In this document: positions 55,388-64,000 of the stretch, piece by piece
Position numbering within the stretch: the stretch's first letter is position 1
Layout of the letters: every line of letters begins with the position of its first letter
Made by a program: the position numbers and the translations under genes
Notes under the pieces: generated by a model
Databases searched by the model: none
What the model saw: the letters and a program-made list of their open reading frames with translations, nothing else
Told to the model about the DNA's origin: nothing
NCBI GenBank assembly: GCA_021789975.1
Contig: JAJYIT010000007.1
Span: 59,444-123,443, forward strand
Length of the DNA stretch: 64,000 nt
Reading direction: 5' to 3'
Source: Bacteroidota bacterium
Lineage (GTDB): Bacteria; Bacteroidota; Ignavibacteria; Kryptoniales; JAKASW01

Positions 55388-58366
55388 ATGAAATTTCTCG
55401 CGCAGTCGCTAACGCTCATTCTCTTATTGATGCAAGTTCAAGTCACCCTGGCGCAGGAGCAGGATTTGACAAAGTACGTCGATCCTTTCATAGGAACCGC
55501 TCAACACGGGCACGTCTTCCTTGGAGCTGAGATGCCTTTCGGGATGGTACAACTGGGTCCGGACGAGAGAACTTCCGGTTGGGACTGGTGCTCGGGCTAC
55601 AACTATTCCTCGACCTCGATTATGGGCTTTAGCCACACACACCTCAGCGGAACAGGCGCCTCCGACTACGGTGACATCCTCCTGATGCCGACTGTTGGGA
55701 AAGTGCGTGTTGTACCCGGTACCCGTTCTAATCCCTTCGCTGGTTACCGATCGGCATTTAGCCACTCCACAGAAAAAGCATCGCCTGGATTCTACAGTGT
55801 TTTGCTCCAACGATACAATGTACGCGTCAACCTTACGGCAACCGACCGATGCGGGATGCACGAGTATGTTTTTCCGAGGTCTGACAGTTCCAACGTGATC
55901 ATAGACCTTCAGCATGGCATCGGCAACTTCTGCACCGGCGGATGGGTAAGGATTATTGGTAACCGGTGGGTGGAAGGCATGAGACGCTCTCAAGGATGGG
56001 CCAGAGTCAGATACATTTATTTTGCGGCTGAGTTTTCAAAACCTTTCAGAAGTTTTGGAACTGCAGAAGGAGGCACGATAGATGCAGGGACAAGGCGAGC
56101 GAAAGGCGACAGCGTCAAAGCTTTCGTCACATTCTCAACCAAGAAAGGCGAGGCCATTCTCGTTAGAGTTGGCCTTTCGGGAGTCAGTCTGAGTGGTGCC
56201 AGAAAGAATTTGGCGGCAGAGATGCCCGATTTCGATTTTAACAAGTACCGCGAACGAGCCAACGCAGCGTGGAACAGTGAACTGAATAAGATCCAGGTTG
56301 AGGGTGGCACACATGCCGAGAAAGTATCGTTCTATACCGCATTATACCATACAATGATCGCTCCGAACATTTTTGAGGACGTCGACGGAAAATATTTTGG
56401 AATGGATCACAAGATTCATGTCGCCAGAGGTTTCAATAATTATTCGGTGTTTTCGGTGTGGGATATTTGGCGCGCGGACATGCCCCTGGTTTCGATAATC
56501 CATCCGAAGAGATACGAGGATTTTGTGAGATCCCTGCTCGAGGAATACCGGCAGGACGGCATACTCCCTCTTTGGCCTCTCTGGGGAAACGAGACGTACG
56601 AAATGATCGGATATCCTACCGTGCCTATCCTGTTCGATGCATACATGAAAGGCTATCTGCCAAAAATGCCGCTGCCTGGCTTCACTCTGGATTCAGTTTT
56701 TGCTGCAATGAAACATAGTGCCGACCTTGATTGGCAGGGCTTGCGATATTACAAAGATGAGGGTTTCATCCCGGTCGATAAGCAACCCCAGTCTGTCTCA
56801 AAATCATTGGAGTACTCGTTTGAAGACTGGTGTATTGCCCAGATGGCCAAGAGATTAGGAAAGAGGGACGATTACAGGAACTTCAACCAGCGATCTCTCT
56901 TTTACCAAAACGTGTTCGACAATTCTATTGGGTTCATGCGCGGTAAGATGTCGAACGGAGAATGGGCCACCCCCTTCGACCCGTTCGCCGTCGGTAACGA
57001 ATTTACAGAAGCTAACGCATGGCAGTATACTTTTTTCGTACCGCAGGACGTCGGCGGCCTCATCGATTTATTCGGCGGCAAACAGAGATTCGCTGACAAG
57101 CTGGATTCGCTGTTCAACGCACCCAGCACTCTTACGGGTACTTTCGATCCGGATATAACAGGCATGATCGGTCAGGACGCACAGGGTGACGAGCAAAGCA
57201 ATCAGATCCCTTATCTATACGATTACGCGGGTGAACCTTGGAAGACACAATTCTATGTCAGGAAAATAATGACGGAGCTGTATCCCGACAGCGTGGATGG
57301 CCTTCCGGGTAATGATGATTGTGGACAAATATCTGCATGGTACGTTCTTAGTGCCATGGGTTTTTACCAGGTAACGCCCGGACAAAACACTTTCGCAATC
57401 GGAAGTCCTGTATTCAGGAAAGTCACGATCAGACTCGGCAAGGGCCGCAAATTCGTGATTGAGGGCGTCCGTGCGTCCGATTCGAACATCTATGTAGATC
57501 GCGCTGAGTTGAACGGCAAACCTTACGACCATGCCTATTTTACTTGGCGCGATCTGGAAAGCGGTGGAGCGCTCAAGTTTAGCATGTCAGAAACTCCGAA
57601 TAGGCAATGGGGAATAGACAACCCTGGACTCTTCGCTATGGCACCTGACCATAATGTGGTCCCGATGGTTTCGTTCCAGTCCACCGGAGGTATCTTTTTT
57701 GACTCAGCAAAAGTAAACCTGTCGTGCCCGGATCCTAACGCGGCCATCCATTACACAGTTGACGGCAGTACGCCGAGAATAACATCTTCTGAATACCGCG
57801 ACCGACCTATCGTGCTCCGGAAGGCGTGCACGTTGAAAGCAGCTGCATTTATCGGCACAAGAGAGAGCATGACTACGGAGACGAATTTCGTCGAATCATC
57901 ATATCCTCCCGCAAAATATCGCTACCCTTTCAGCGACAGGTACAGCGGCGGCGGCCCAATGGCACTGACAGACGGGCTACTTGGAACTACAAATTACCAG
58001 GATGGGAGATGGCAAGGGTTCCATGGCAAGGACCTCGATGTAACCATCGACCTTGAGAAGGAGACCAGGCTTCATGAAATCACGACGGGTTGTTTGCAGG
58101 ACACACCCGCCTGGATATTTCTTCCGAAATCTGTCACTTATTATGTGTCGCAAAACGGGAAAGACTTCAGACGGGCGGCAGAAGTTGAGAACGGCGTCAA
58201 CTCACAAAGAGTAAGTATCCTCGTGAAGGGATTCACGGCACATTTCAATAATATTGAAGCAAGATACATCCGTGTAGTTGCTAAAAACATAGGGGTCTGT
58301 CCGCCATGGCATCCGGGCGCGGGAAACAAGGCTTGGCTGTTCGTAGACGAGGTCACTATAAGGTAG
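55388..58366 (+). CDS. GH92 alpha-mannosidase with C-terminal Fn3-associated and F5/8-type domains
   Basis: YVDPFIGT, PFGMVQLGPD, GFSHTHLSGTG, SVWDIWRA, FTEANAWQY, PGNDDCGQISAWYV, IHYTVDGSTP, WLFVDEV. Confidence 0.93.
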   Translation: MKFLAQSLTLILLLMQVQVTLAQEQDLTKYVDPFIGTAQHGHVFLGAEMPFGMVQLGPDERTSGWDWCSGYNYSSTSIMGFSHTHLSGTGASDYGDILLMPTVGKVRVVPGTRSNPFAGYRSAFSHSTEKASPGFYSVLLQRYNVRVNLTATDRCGMHEYVFPRSDSSNVIIDLQHGIGNFCTGGWVRIIGNRWVEGMRRSQGWARVRYIYFAAEFSKPFRSFGTAEGGTIDAGTRRAKGDSVKAFVTFSTKKGEAILVRVGLSGVSLSGARKNLAAEMPDFDFNKYRERANAAWNSELNKIQVEGGTHAEKVSFYTALYHTMIAPNIFEDVDGKYFGMDHKIHVARGFNNYSVFSVWDIWRADMPLVSIIHPKRYEDFVRSLLEEYRQDGILPLWPLWGNETYEMIGYPTVPILFDAYMKGYLPKMPLPGFTLDSVFAAMKHSADLDWQGLRYYKDEGFIPVDKQPQSVSKSLEYSFEDWCIAQMAKRLGKRDDYRNFNQRSLFYQNVFDNSIGFMRGKMSNGEWATPFDPFAVGNEFTEANAWQYTFFVPQDVGGLIDLFGGKQRFADKLDSLFNAPSTLTGTFDPDITGMIGQDAQGDEQSNQIPYLYDYAGEPWKTQFYVRKIMTELYPDSVDGLPGNDDCGQISAWYVLSAMGFYQVTPGQNTFAIGSPVFRKVTIRLGKGRKFVIEGVRASDSNIYVDRAELNGKPYDHAYFTWRDLESGGALKFSMSETPNRQWGIDNPGLFAMAPDHNVVPMVSFQSTGGIFFDSAKVNLSCPDPNAAIHYTVDGSTPRITSSEYRDRPIVLRKACTLKAAAFIGTRESMTTETNFVESSYPPAKYRYPFSDRYSGGGPMALTDGLLGTTNYQDGRWQGFHGKDLDVTIDLEKETRLHEITTGCLQDTPAWIFLPKSVTYYVSQNGKDFRRAAEVENGVNSQRVSILVKGFTAHFNNIEARYIRVVAKNIGVCPPWHPGAGNKAWLFVDEVTIR

Positions 58367-58453
58367 CACACCCCGCTCGATTAAGCTTACGATTGTGATT
58401 GGAGGAAATACCTCCGAGCCGAAGCAGACGAACAAGTAAAGGAGCAAGTACAC

Positions 58454-61027
58454 ATGAAATTCAACCTCACCGTGACGGGGGCAATTGCTGCCCTTGTTAT
58501 GCTGGCATCTTGCGGAACCCTGTTTGCTCAGGGAACGATGCCGGAGACTTTGAATCACGGGATATTCCTTCACACGTTCTCCAGCGAGACGGGACCAGCT
58601 GATCCTGTTATCGAAAGAATTATAGATGGCAAAACGATTCATGCGTCGCCCGGGAAAGCTGTCCGGTTTGAAAATGGAAAAGTGGAAGATTGGACTACCC
58701 ACGCTGCCGATTCCACCGGCTGGTTCCGCGGGGACTACATCCAGAGCGGATATGGGCTCTTCAATGTGAAATCGGACAAGGATCAAGCCTGTCTTCTCGA
58801 ATCCAGAGGGAATGACCTCGTTTACGTTAACGGTGTCCCCCGGCAAGGAAATAAGTACGCCTACAAGGACAGGTACCCCAGGTGGGAGCCGAATTTTAAT
58901 TACCCTATGATTCCAATCGATCTTCGAAAAGGGAACAACCAGATTCTTTTTGTTTGCAGCAGGGGTATGCTGGAAGTGACGCTGCAAAAAAATTTTCGCG
59001 GCGAAATGTTAAACGTAAAACATCCGACACTCCCGAACTTCCTTGTCGGCATACCGGTGAACTATTATGCAGCCGTAACTGTCATCAACGCTACAAAGAG
59101 ACCTTTGAGAGGTGCATATCTCAGGGCCTACAACGACAGCGGTTTCGATGCCGAGTCAAAAGTCCCGTTAATACAGAAAATGAGCTTGCGGAAAGTCGGG
59201 TTCAAACTTATCGGGCCTGCGCCTTCCGGCATTGGTGTAACGACGGTTGATCTCGAATTGATGGAGGGACCTGGACCACACGCAAAGGTATTGGCAAGTG
59301 CCGAAATTCACGTAACAACAGTCCAGCCAACAGCCACTCACAATGTCACCTTCATCAGCTCCATCGATTCCAGTGTGCAGTACTACGCGATCGTACCGCC
59401 GAGAGGTCCCGACAACGGCAAGCCAAAAGCGCTCTTCTTCTCCCTCCACGGTGCAGACGTGATAGCAACGAACCAGGCCAACTCATATTATCCCAAAAAG
59501 TGGGGATACATCGTTTGTCCCACTAACGGCGGTCCATACGGCTATGATTGGGAGGACTGGGGACGACTGGATGCACTTCAGGTTCTTCACATCGCCAGAA
59601 CAACACTAAACATTAATCCAAGCCGGGTGTATTTGACGGGTCACTCGATGGGCGGTCACGGTACATGGATCATCGGGGCACAGTACCCGGACCAATTCGG
59701 AGCAATCGGGCCTAGCGCAGGCTGGATCACGTGGTGGAGCTATGTATTCAAGAATTCCACTCCCGAAACCCCAATGGGCAAGATGCTGAGACGTGCAACA
59801 AATGAAGTTAACACATATTCACTTGACCACAACTTCAAACAGTTGGGCGTATATATTCTACAGGGAAGCAAGGACGACAACGTGCCGGTCACCGAGTCCA
59901 TTGATATGTCCGACTCACTGAGAACTTTCGATCACGATTTCATATTTCACGAAGAGATGGGGATGGGACACTGGTGGTCCCTGAACGACGAAGCCGGGGC
60001 TGATTGCGTCGATTGGCCGCCGATGTACGATTTCTTTGCACGACACGCAAGGCCGGGAGAGCAGCGAATAAAGATAATTAACTTCACAACATGCAATCCT
60101 GGTGTGTCGGCCCGGGATTACTGGCTCACGATCTATTCACAAGAAAAACAACTTGAGCCCAGCCAGGCGAAAATCAAATTCATCCCTTCAAGGAATCGCT
60201 TTGTCGGTACTACTAAAAACGTAGAGTTGATGTCGTTCAATCTTAACATAACCGAGAAGGCCGAGCCCATCACCGTAGATATCGACAGCACTAACTTGAG
60301 TAAACTCCTTCCGCCTCAAGGTGCAAAGCACATCTGGCTTGAAATGAAGTTCGGCAAATGGCAAATGATAACCAGGCCGCCGGCGGGAGACAAAGGTCCG
60401 GTGAGATATGGTACATTCAAAGACGCCTTTCGACATGGCATGGTTTTCGTTTACGGCACCCACGGAAGCAAGGAAGAAAACGAGTGGGCATTTGACAGAG
60501 CGCGCTTCGATGCAGAGTACTTCTGGTACCAGGGCGGTGGGTCTATCGAAATCCTTTCTGATAAAGAGTTTGAGCCGGCGAAATACCCCGGCAGGAACGT
60601 TATCCTGTACGGCAATGAGCGGACAAACTCGGCATGGAACGAAGTACTGGGGAAATCTCCTGTTGAGGTCACCCAAGACAGATTGACGTTCGGAGATAAA
60701 GTAATCAAAGGCGGAAACTATGCATGTTTCATGGTGAGACCGAGAAAAGGAAGCAGCACTGCCAGCGTGGGCATCGTGGCCGGCACCGGCATAAAGGGGA
60801 TGAGACTTACCTATATTGTTCCTTACTTGCAGCCCTGGTTTTCTCTTCCCGATGTAACTATAATGAACACCTCGATGTTCTCTAACAGCTCCGGGGACAA
60901 GGAGAGAGGCGGATTCTTCGGGCAAAAGAATGGAGGGCAGATCGGCTTCGGAAAGAGAGGGGTAAAAATCGCAGGTTTCTTCGGACTTAACTGGTCCATT
61001 AAGAACGGAGAGTTTGTTGAACGATGA
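58454..61027 (+). CDS. Secreted alpha/beta hydrolase (esterase/S9-like)
   Basis: Signal peptide; SLHGA, RVYLTGHSMGGHG (nucleophile elbow), QGSKDDNVP, MGHWW. Confidence 0.85.
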   Translation: MKFNLTVTGAIAALVMLASCGTLFAQGTMPETLNHGIFLHTFSSETGPADPVIERIIDGKTIHASPGKAVRFENGKVEDWTTHAADSTGWFRGDYIQSGYGLFNVKSDKDQACLLESRGNDLVYVNGVPRQGNKYAYKDRYPRWEPNFNYPMIPIDLRKGNNQILFVCSRGMLEVTLQKNFRGEMLNVKHPTLPNFLVGIPVNYYAAVTVINATKRPLRGAYLRAYNDSGFDAESKVPLIQKMSLRKVGFKLIGPAPSGIGVTTVDLELMEGPGPHAKVLASAEIHVTTVQPTATHNVTFISSIDSSVQYYAIVPPRGPDNGKPKALFFSLHGADVIATNQANSYYPKKWGYIVCPTNGGPYGYDWEDWGRLDALQVLHIARTTLNINPSRVYLTGHSMGGHGTWIIGAQYPDQFGAIGPSAGWITWWSYVFKNSTPETPMGKMLRRATNEVNTYSLDHNFKQLGVYILQGSKDDNVPVTESIDMSDSLRTFDHDFIFHEEMGMGHWWSLNDEAGADCVDWPPMYDFFARHARPGEQRIKIINFTTCNPGVSARDYWLTIYSQEKQLEPSQAKIKFIPSRNRFVGTTKNVELMSFNLNITEKAEPITVDIDSTNLSKLLPPQGAKHIWLEMKFGKWQMITRPPAGDKGPVRYGTFKDAFRHGMVFVYGTHGSKEENEWAFDRARFDAEYFWYQGGGSIEILSDKEFEPAKYPGRNVILYGNERTNSAWNEVLGKSPVEVTQDRLTFGDKVIKGGNYACFMVRPRKGSSTASVGIVAGTGIKGMRLTYIVPYLQPWFSLPDVTIMNTSMFSNSSGDKERGGFFGQKNGGQIGFGKRGVKIAGFFGLNWSIKNGEFVER

Positions 61028-62178
61028 CATTGGAGAAAAAAATGAAATACTCAGCAGTGATCTTACTAATCCTGTTTTCCACCATATACGCCCAAGTCCC
61101 TTCTGGACAAACAAGTTTCCCTGTTCCGAAGATTCCTTTCTCACCGAAACACTATGTCTGTTATCGAGCATCCGGGCCTGTAATGATGGACGACAACTTG
61201 AATGAAGGTTCCTGGAAATACGCGGCATGGACGGATTATTTTGTCGACATCCAGGGCGATCTGAAGCCGAACCCGCGGTACAAAACCAGAGTCAAAATGC
61301 TCTGGGACAATAAATATCTGTACGTTGGAGCAGAGTTGCAGGAGCCCCACCTGTGGGCCACACTGAGACAGAGGGACACGGTTATTTTCGACAACAACGA
61401 CTTCGAAGTTTTCATCGATCCCAACGGATCGACACAACCCTACTATGAGACAGAGATAAACGCACTTGGCACCGTGTGGGATCTCTTGCTGAGAGAACCA
61501 TATCGTGACGGCGACAAAGTTGCGGTCAACGCGTGGGACATAACCGGATTGAAAGTCGCAGTCAAGCTTCACGGTAAGCTGGACGATCCTGCCGAAACGG
61601 ACACCGGCTGGACGGTTGAGGTAGCGTTTCCATGGAGCGTCCTCGGTCAGTGTGCGTTCAAAGGTGCGCCTCCGAAGCCAGGGTCGCAGTGGAGAATCAA
61701 CTTCTCCCGTGTCGAGTGGCATCTGATCGTGAAGGATGGTGCCTATCGGAGAGAGCGCGACAGATCTACGGGACAACTTCTTCCTGAAGATAACTGGGTG
61801 TGGTCGCCGCAGGGCATCATCGATATGCATTACCCTGAGATGTGGGGATTCCTACAGTTCTCCGGAAAGATTGCAGGACAAGGACACGACGCGTTCAAAT
61901 GGAATCCCGTCGAAAATGCAAAATGGGCACTTCGAGAGATTTACTACGGGGAAAGAAACTATTACACTAAACACCATTCATTCACGCGTTCGATTGGGAA
62001 ACTAGATCTACAAATGCTCGGACTTAATCTTCAAAAGGTTGACGGCTATTCATGGCCGCCTGAGATTTTTATTACTCCAGACATGTTCGAGGCAACGATC
62101 AGCGCCAATGCCGGGAACCAGATAGTTCACATAAGACAAGACGGCATGACCTGGATTACGAATTCAAACGGTCGCTGA
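61024..62178 (+). CDS. Carbohydrate-binding family 9-like (DOMON-like) secreted protein
   Basis: WTDYFVDIQG, TRVKMLWD, DNDFEVFIDP-like segment, WRINFSRVEW, EDNWVWSPQG..MHYPE.WG; ATGA overlap with the upstream gene. Confidence 0.85.
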   Translation: MTLEKKMKYSAVILLILFSTIYAQVPSGQTSFPVPKIPFSPKHYVCYRASGPVMMDDNLNEGSWKYAAWTDYFVDIQGDLKPNPRYKTRVKMLWDNKYLYVGAELQEPHLWATLRQRDTVIFDNNDFEVFIDPNGSTQPYYETEINALGTVWDLLLREPYRDGDKVAVNAWDITGLKVAVKLHGKLDDPAETDTGWTVEVAFPWSVLGQCAFKGAPPKPGSQWRINFSRVEWHLIVKDGAYRRERDRSTGQLLPEDNWVWSPQGIIDMHYPEMWGFLQFSGKIAGQGHDAFKWNPVENAKWALREIYYGERNYYTKHHSFTRSIGKLDLQMLGLNLQKVDGYSWPPEIFITPDMFEATISANAGNQIVHIRQDGMTWITNSNGR

Positions 62179-62367
62179 TTTCGCCTTACCAACCTTTTGG
62201 GTGGTGCAAGTCATTCTGAGAAGAAGGTAAAACGGTACCGAACTGAATTGAAGCATCACTGATTCGGTTGAAATCGAATTCTTTGCCGTTAGAATCCGAG
62301 GACCTCGGTTTCGTCCCGACTTTTTTGTGATAAATGGTGAAACCTATCATCCTAAGGAGTTAAGGAA

Positions 62368-63033
62368 TTGAAGCCAATATTAAATTCGCTAAGAAAAGAC
62401 ATCGTCATATGTTCCAGAAAATTGTATGATAAAGGATACGTAGCGGCTAACGACGGCAACATCAGCGCCCGGATCGACGATAGCCGTGTCCTGATAACTC
62501 CGACTCGCATGAGCAAGGGCTCGGTGACTCCTGAAGATTTGATTATCATCGACATGTCCGGGAAATTGCTGAGCGGGAAGCGGCAGCCATCTTCTGAATC
62601 AGACTTTCACCTTAAGATCTACAGAGACAGGCCGGATGTGAACGGAGTGTGCCACGCACATCCTCCATATGCCACGGGCTTTGCAGTTGCGGGAATACCA
62701 ATGGATAAGATGTTACTCCCGGAGGTCATCATCAGGCTGGGTATCGTTCCGATAGTCGGATATGGATTGCCTGGGCATCCCGATTTATACGATCAGATTC
62801 ATAAGAAGCTAAAGGGTCACGATGCATTTCTCCTGGCAAATCATGGCGCATTGACAGTCGGAGTCAGCGTCACTGACTCGTACGAAAAAATGGAGACGTT
62901 GGAGCTGGCTGCAAAGATACAATTCAACGCCCAGATGCTCGGGAACGTAAATGTTCTCATGAAAGATCAGGTAGACCAGCTCGTCCACCTCCGCGATAAA
63001 TTCGGAGCACGCAAAGACCTAAGCATGGGATGA
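62368..63033 (+). CDS. Class II aldolase/adducin family protein (fuculose-1-P aldolase-like)
   Basis: DGNISAR, ITPT, PSSE..FH, HAHPPYAT, LLANHGA; AAGGAG upstream of TTG. Confidence 0.9.
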   Translation: MKPILNSLRKDIVICSRKLYDKGYVAANDGNISARIDDSRVLITPTRMSKGSVTPEDLIIIDMSGKLLSGKRQPSSESDFHLKIYRDRPDVNGVCHAHPPYATGFAVAGIPMDKMLLPEVIIRLGIVPIVGYGLPGHPDLYDQIHKKLKGHDAFLLANHGALTVGVSVTDSYEKMETLELAAKIQFNAQMLGNVNVLMKDQVDQLVHLRDKFGARKDLSMG

Positions 63034-63244
63034 AATGTCTGATTCCGCTCGAAACCGATCTCATGCCGGATTTGAAAAAATTCGACCGAAGAGTCTCGTC
63101 ATGTGAGTATACTGCCCAGGTGCTAACCTGCCGGTAGGCGGGGTAGCCAAGCGGTAGACTGGGACGCGATGTTGGTAATTATCATAGTTATCGACGTCGC
63201 TTTTTTGCGGATCACCGGTGAGTTTCTTTCAGTAGGTGTTTCAA

Positions 63245-64000
63245 CTATTTCACAACTTCGACGGTTTTGCTCAGCCTGATGTCGCTCGACGAAGAACCCA
63301 CTTGCAATTCATATCTTCCAGGCTGAACTACGTATCTACTTTCACGCACTGAATAGTATTTGAACGATCTCACCGGCAATAAGATTGTAACCTTCTTCGT
63401 TTGCCCTTTCTTAACTGATACTCGATCAAGTCCAACCAACGACTTTACAGGCTTATCCGGAAGCGATAGCAGATCCCTCAGATAAACCTGTACCACTTCA
63501 TCTCCATCATATTTTCCGGCGTTAGTAATATCGACGGAGACTCTAAGAGTGTCGGATGGTCGTGGATTCTTTTCGCTCACCCTCAAATCCGAATAATTGA
63601 AATTAGTATAGCTCAGTCCAAAACCGAAGGGATAGAGCGGCCTGCCTTCAAAATATCGATAAGTTCTCCCCTTCATGTTGTAGTCTGTGAAAGGAGGAAG
63701 TTGTTTGACCGATTTGTAAAAAGTCACCGGCAGTCTTCCGGCAGGATCGTAGTCTCCAAACAGAACGTCAGCAACCGCGGCTCCTCCCTCTTCGCCAGGG
63801 TACCAGGCATCTAAAATGGCAGGTAGATTGTCCTCTTCCCAGTCGACAGCAAGTGCGCTCCCGCCGACAAGAACCAGGATTACCGGTTTCCCGGTTTGAT
63901 GAAGAGCTTTGAGGACATTCTCTTCGCCCTCAGGGAGCCTCAGCCTTGTGCGGTCCCCCCCTTTGAACCCGGGCAAATTGATGCGGGGATCTTCTTCGCT
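63245..64000 (-). CDS. GH3 beta-glycosidase, C-terminal part (5'-partial) with Fn3-like domain
   Basis: Frame open to the right edge (SEEDPRINLPGFKGGDRT); AWYPGEEGG, GRLPVTF, PLYPFGFGLSYT, GDEVVQVY. Confidence 0.92.
   Translation of the reverse strand, partial: SEEDPRINLPGFKGGDRTRLRLPEGEENVLKALHQTGKPVILVLVGGSALAVDWEEDNLPAILDAWYPGEEGGAAVADVLFGDYDPAGRLPVTFYKSVKQLPPFTDYNMKGRTYRYFEGRPLYPFGFGLSYTNFNYSDLRVSEKNPRPSDTLRVSVDITNAGKYDGDEVVQVYLRDLLSLPDKPVKSLVGLDRVSVKKGQTKKVTILLPVRSFKYYSVRESRYVVQPGRYELQVGSSSSDIRLSKTVEVVK

Noticed and set aside
58202-61830. Long minus-strand ORFs (261, 346 and 229 aa)
   Set aside because: They lie antisense to the well-supported GH92, esterase and CBM9-like genes and show no recognisable protein features.
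63114-63170. tRNA-like 5' sequence (GCCCAGGTGCT...GGCGGGGTAGCCAAGCGGTAGAC)
   Set aside because: No anticodon arm, T-loop (GTTCRA) or acceptor-stem complement follows; at most a remnant overlapping a mini-palindrome.
1-64000. CRISPR arrays, defence systems, prophage or IS elements
   Set aside because: No regularly spaced direct repeats and no cas, integrase, transposase or phage structural motifs were seen in any ORF.

Overview
About 50% GC bacterial DNA, probably from the Ignavibacteria/Kryptonia branch of the FCB group. This is inferred from T9SS C-terminal sorting tails (NYPNPFNPSTTINF...KKMILLK) and a PorV/PorQ-like barrel, together with canonical TTGACA-type promoters and AGGAGG ribosome-binding sites. 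There are four blocks. (1) 1-4.8 kb: minus-strand catabolic genes (PhyH dioxygenase with an in-frame TAA, SDR, GH88-like hydrolase, and a secreted protein missed by the ORF track). (2) 5.3-8.4 kb: degenerate RsbT-like protein, REC-PAS-PAS histidine kinase and NarL-type regulator. (3) 8.6-35.3 kb: a Wzx/Wzy-type surface polysaccharide locus (WecA fusion, PorV-like barrel, Wza, split Wzc, Wzy, Wzx, GT2/GT4/GT26, CE4, LbH acyltransferase). It carries an unusual tailoring set: three CelD/BcsL-type GNATs, a divergent proline-dehydrogenase-fold flavoprotein, a radical SAM/SPASM enzyme and a 959-aa PRTase-like + kinase-like + HAD fusion, which is the best candidate for an undescribed system. (4) 37.4-64 kb: a ROK-regulated chitin/GlcNAc utilisation locus (TonB receptor, T9SS-secreted protein in the SusD position, GH18, NagA, AmpG-like MFS, ChbP, PIG-L deacetylase, NagB-PIG-L) with divergent GH92, esterase and CBM9-like genes, then a class II aldolase and a partial GH3. 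No CRISPR array, rRNA, complete tRNA or transposase was seen. All family calls come from motif recognition by eye, not from database searches.
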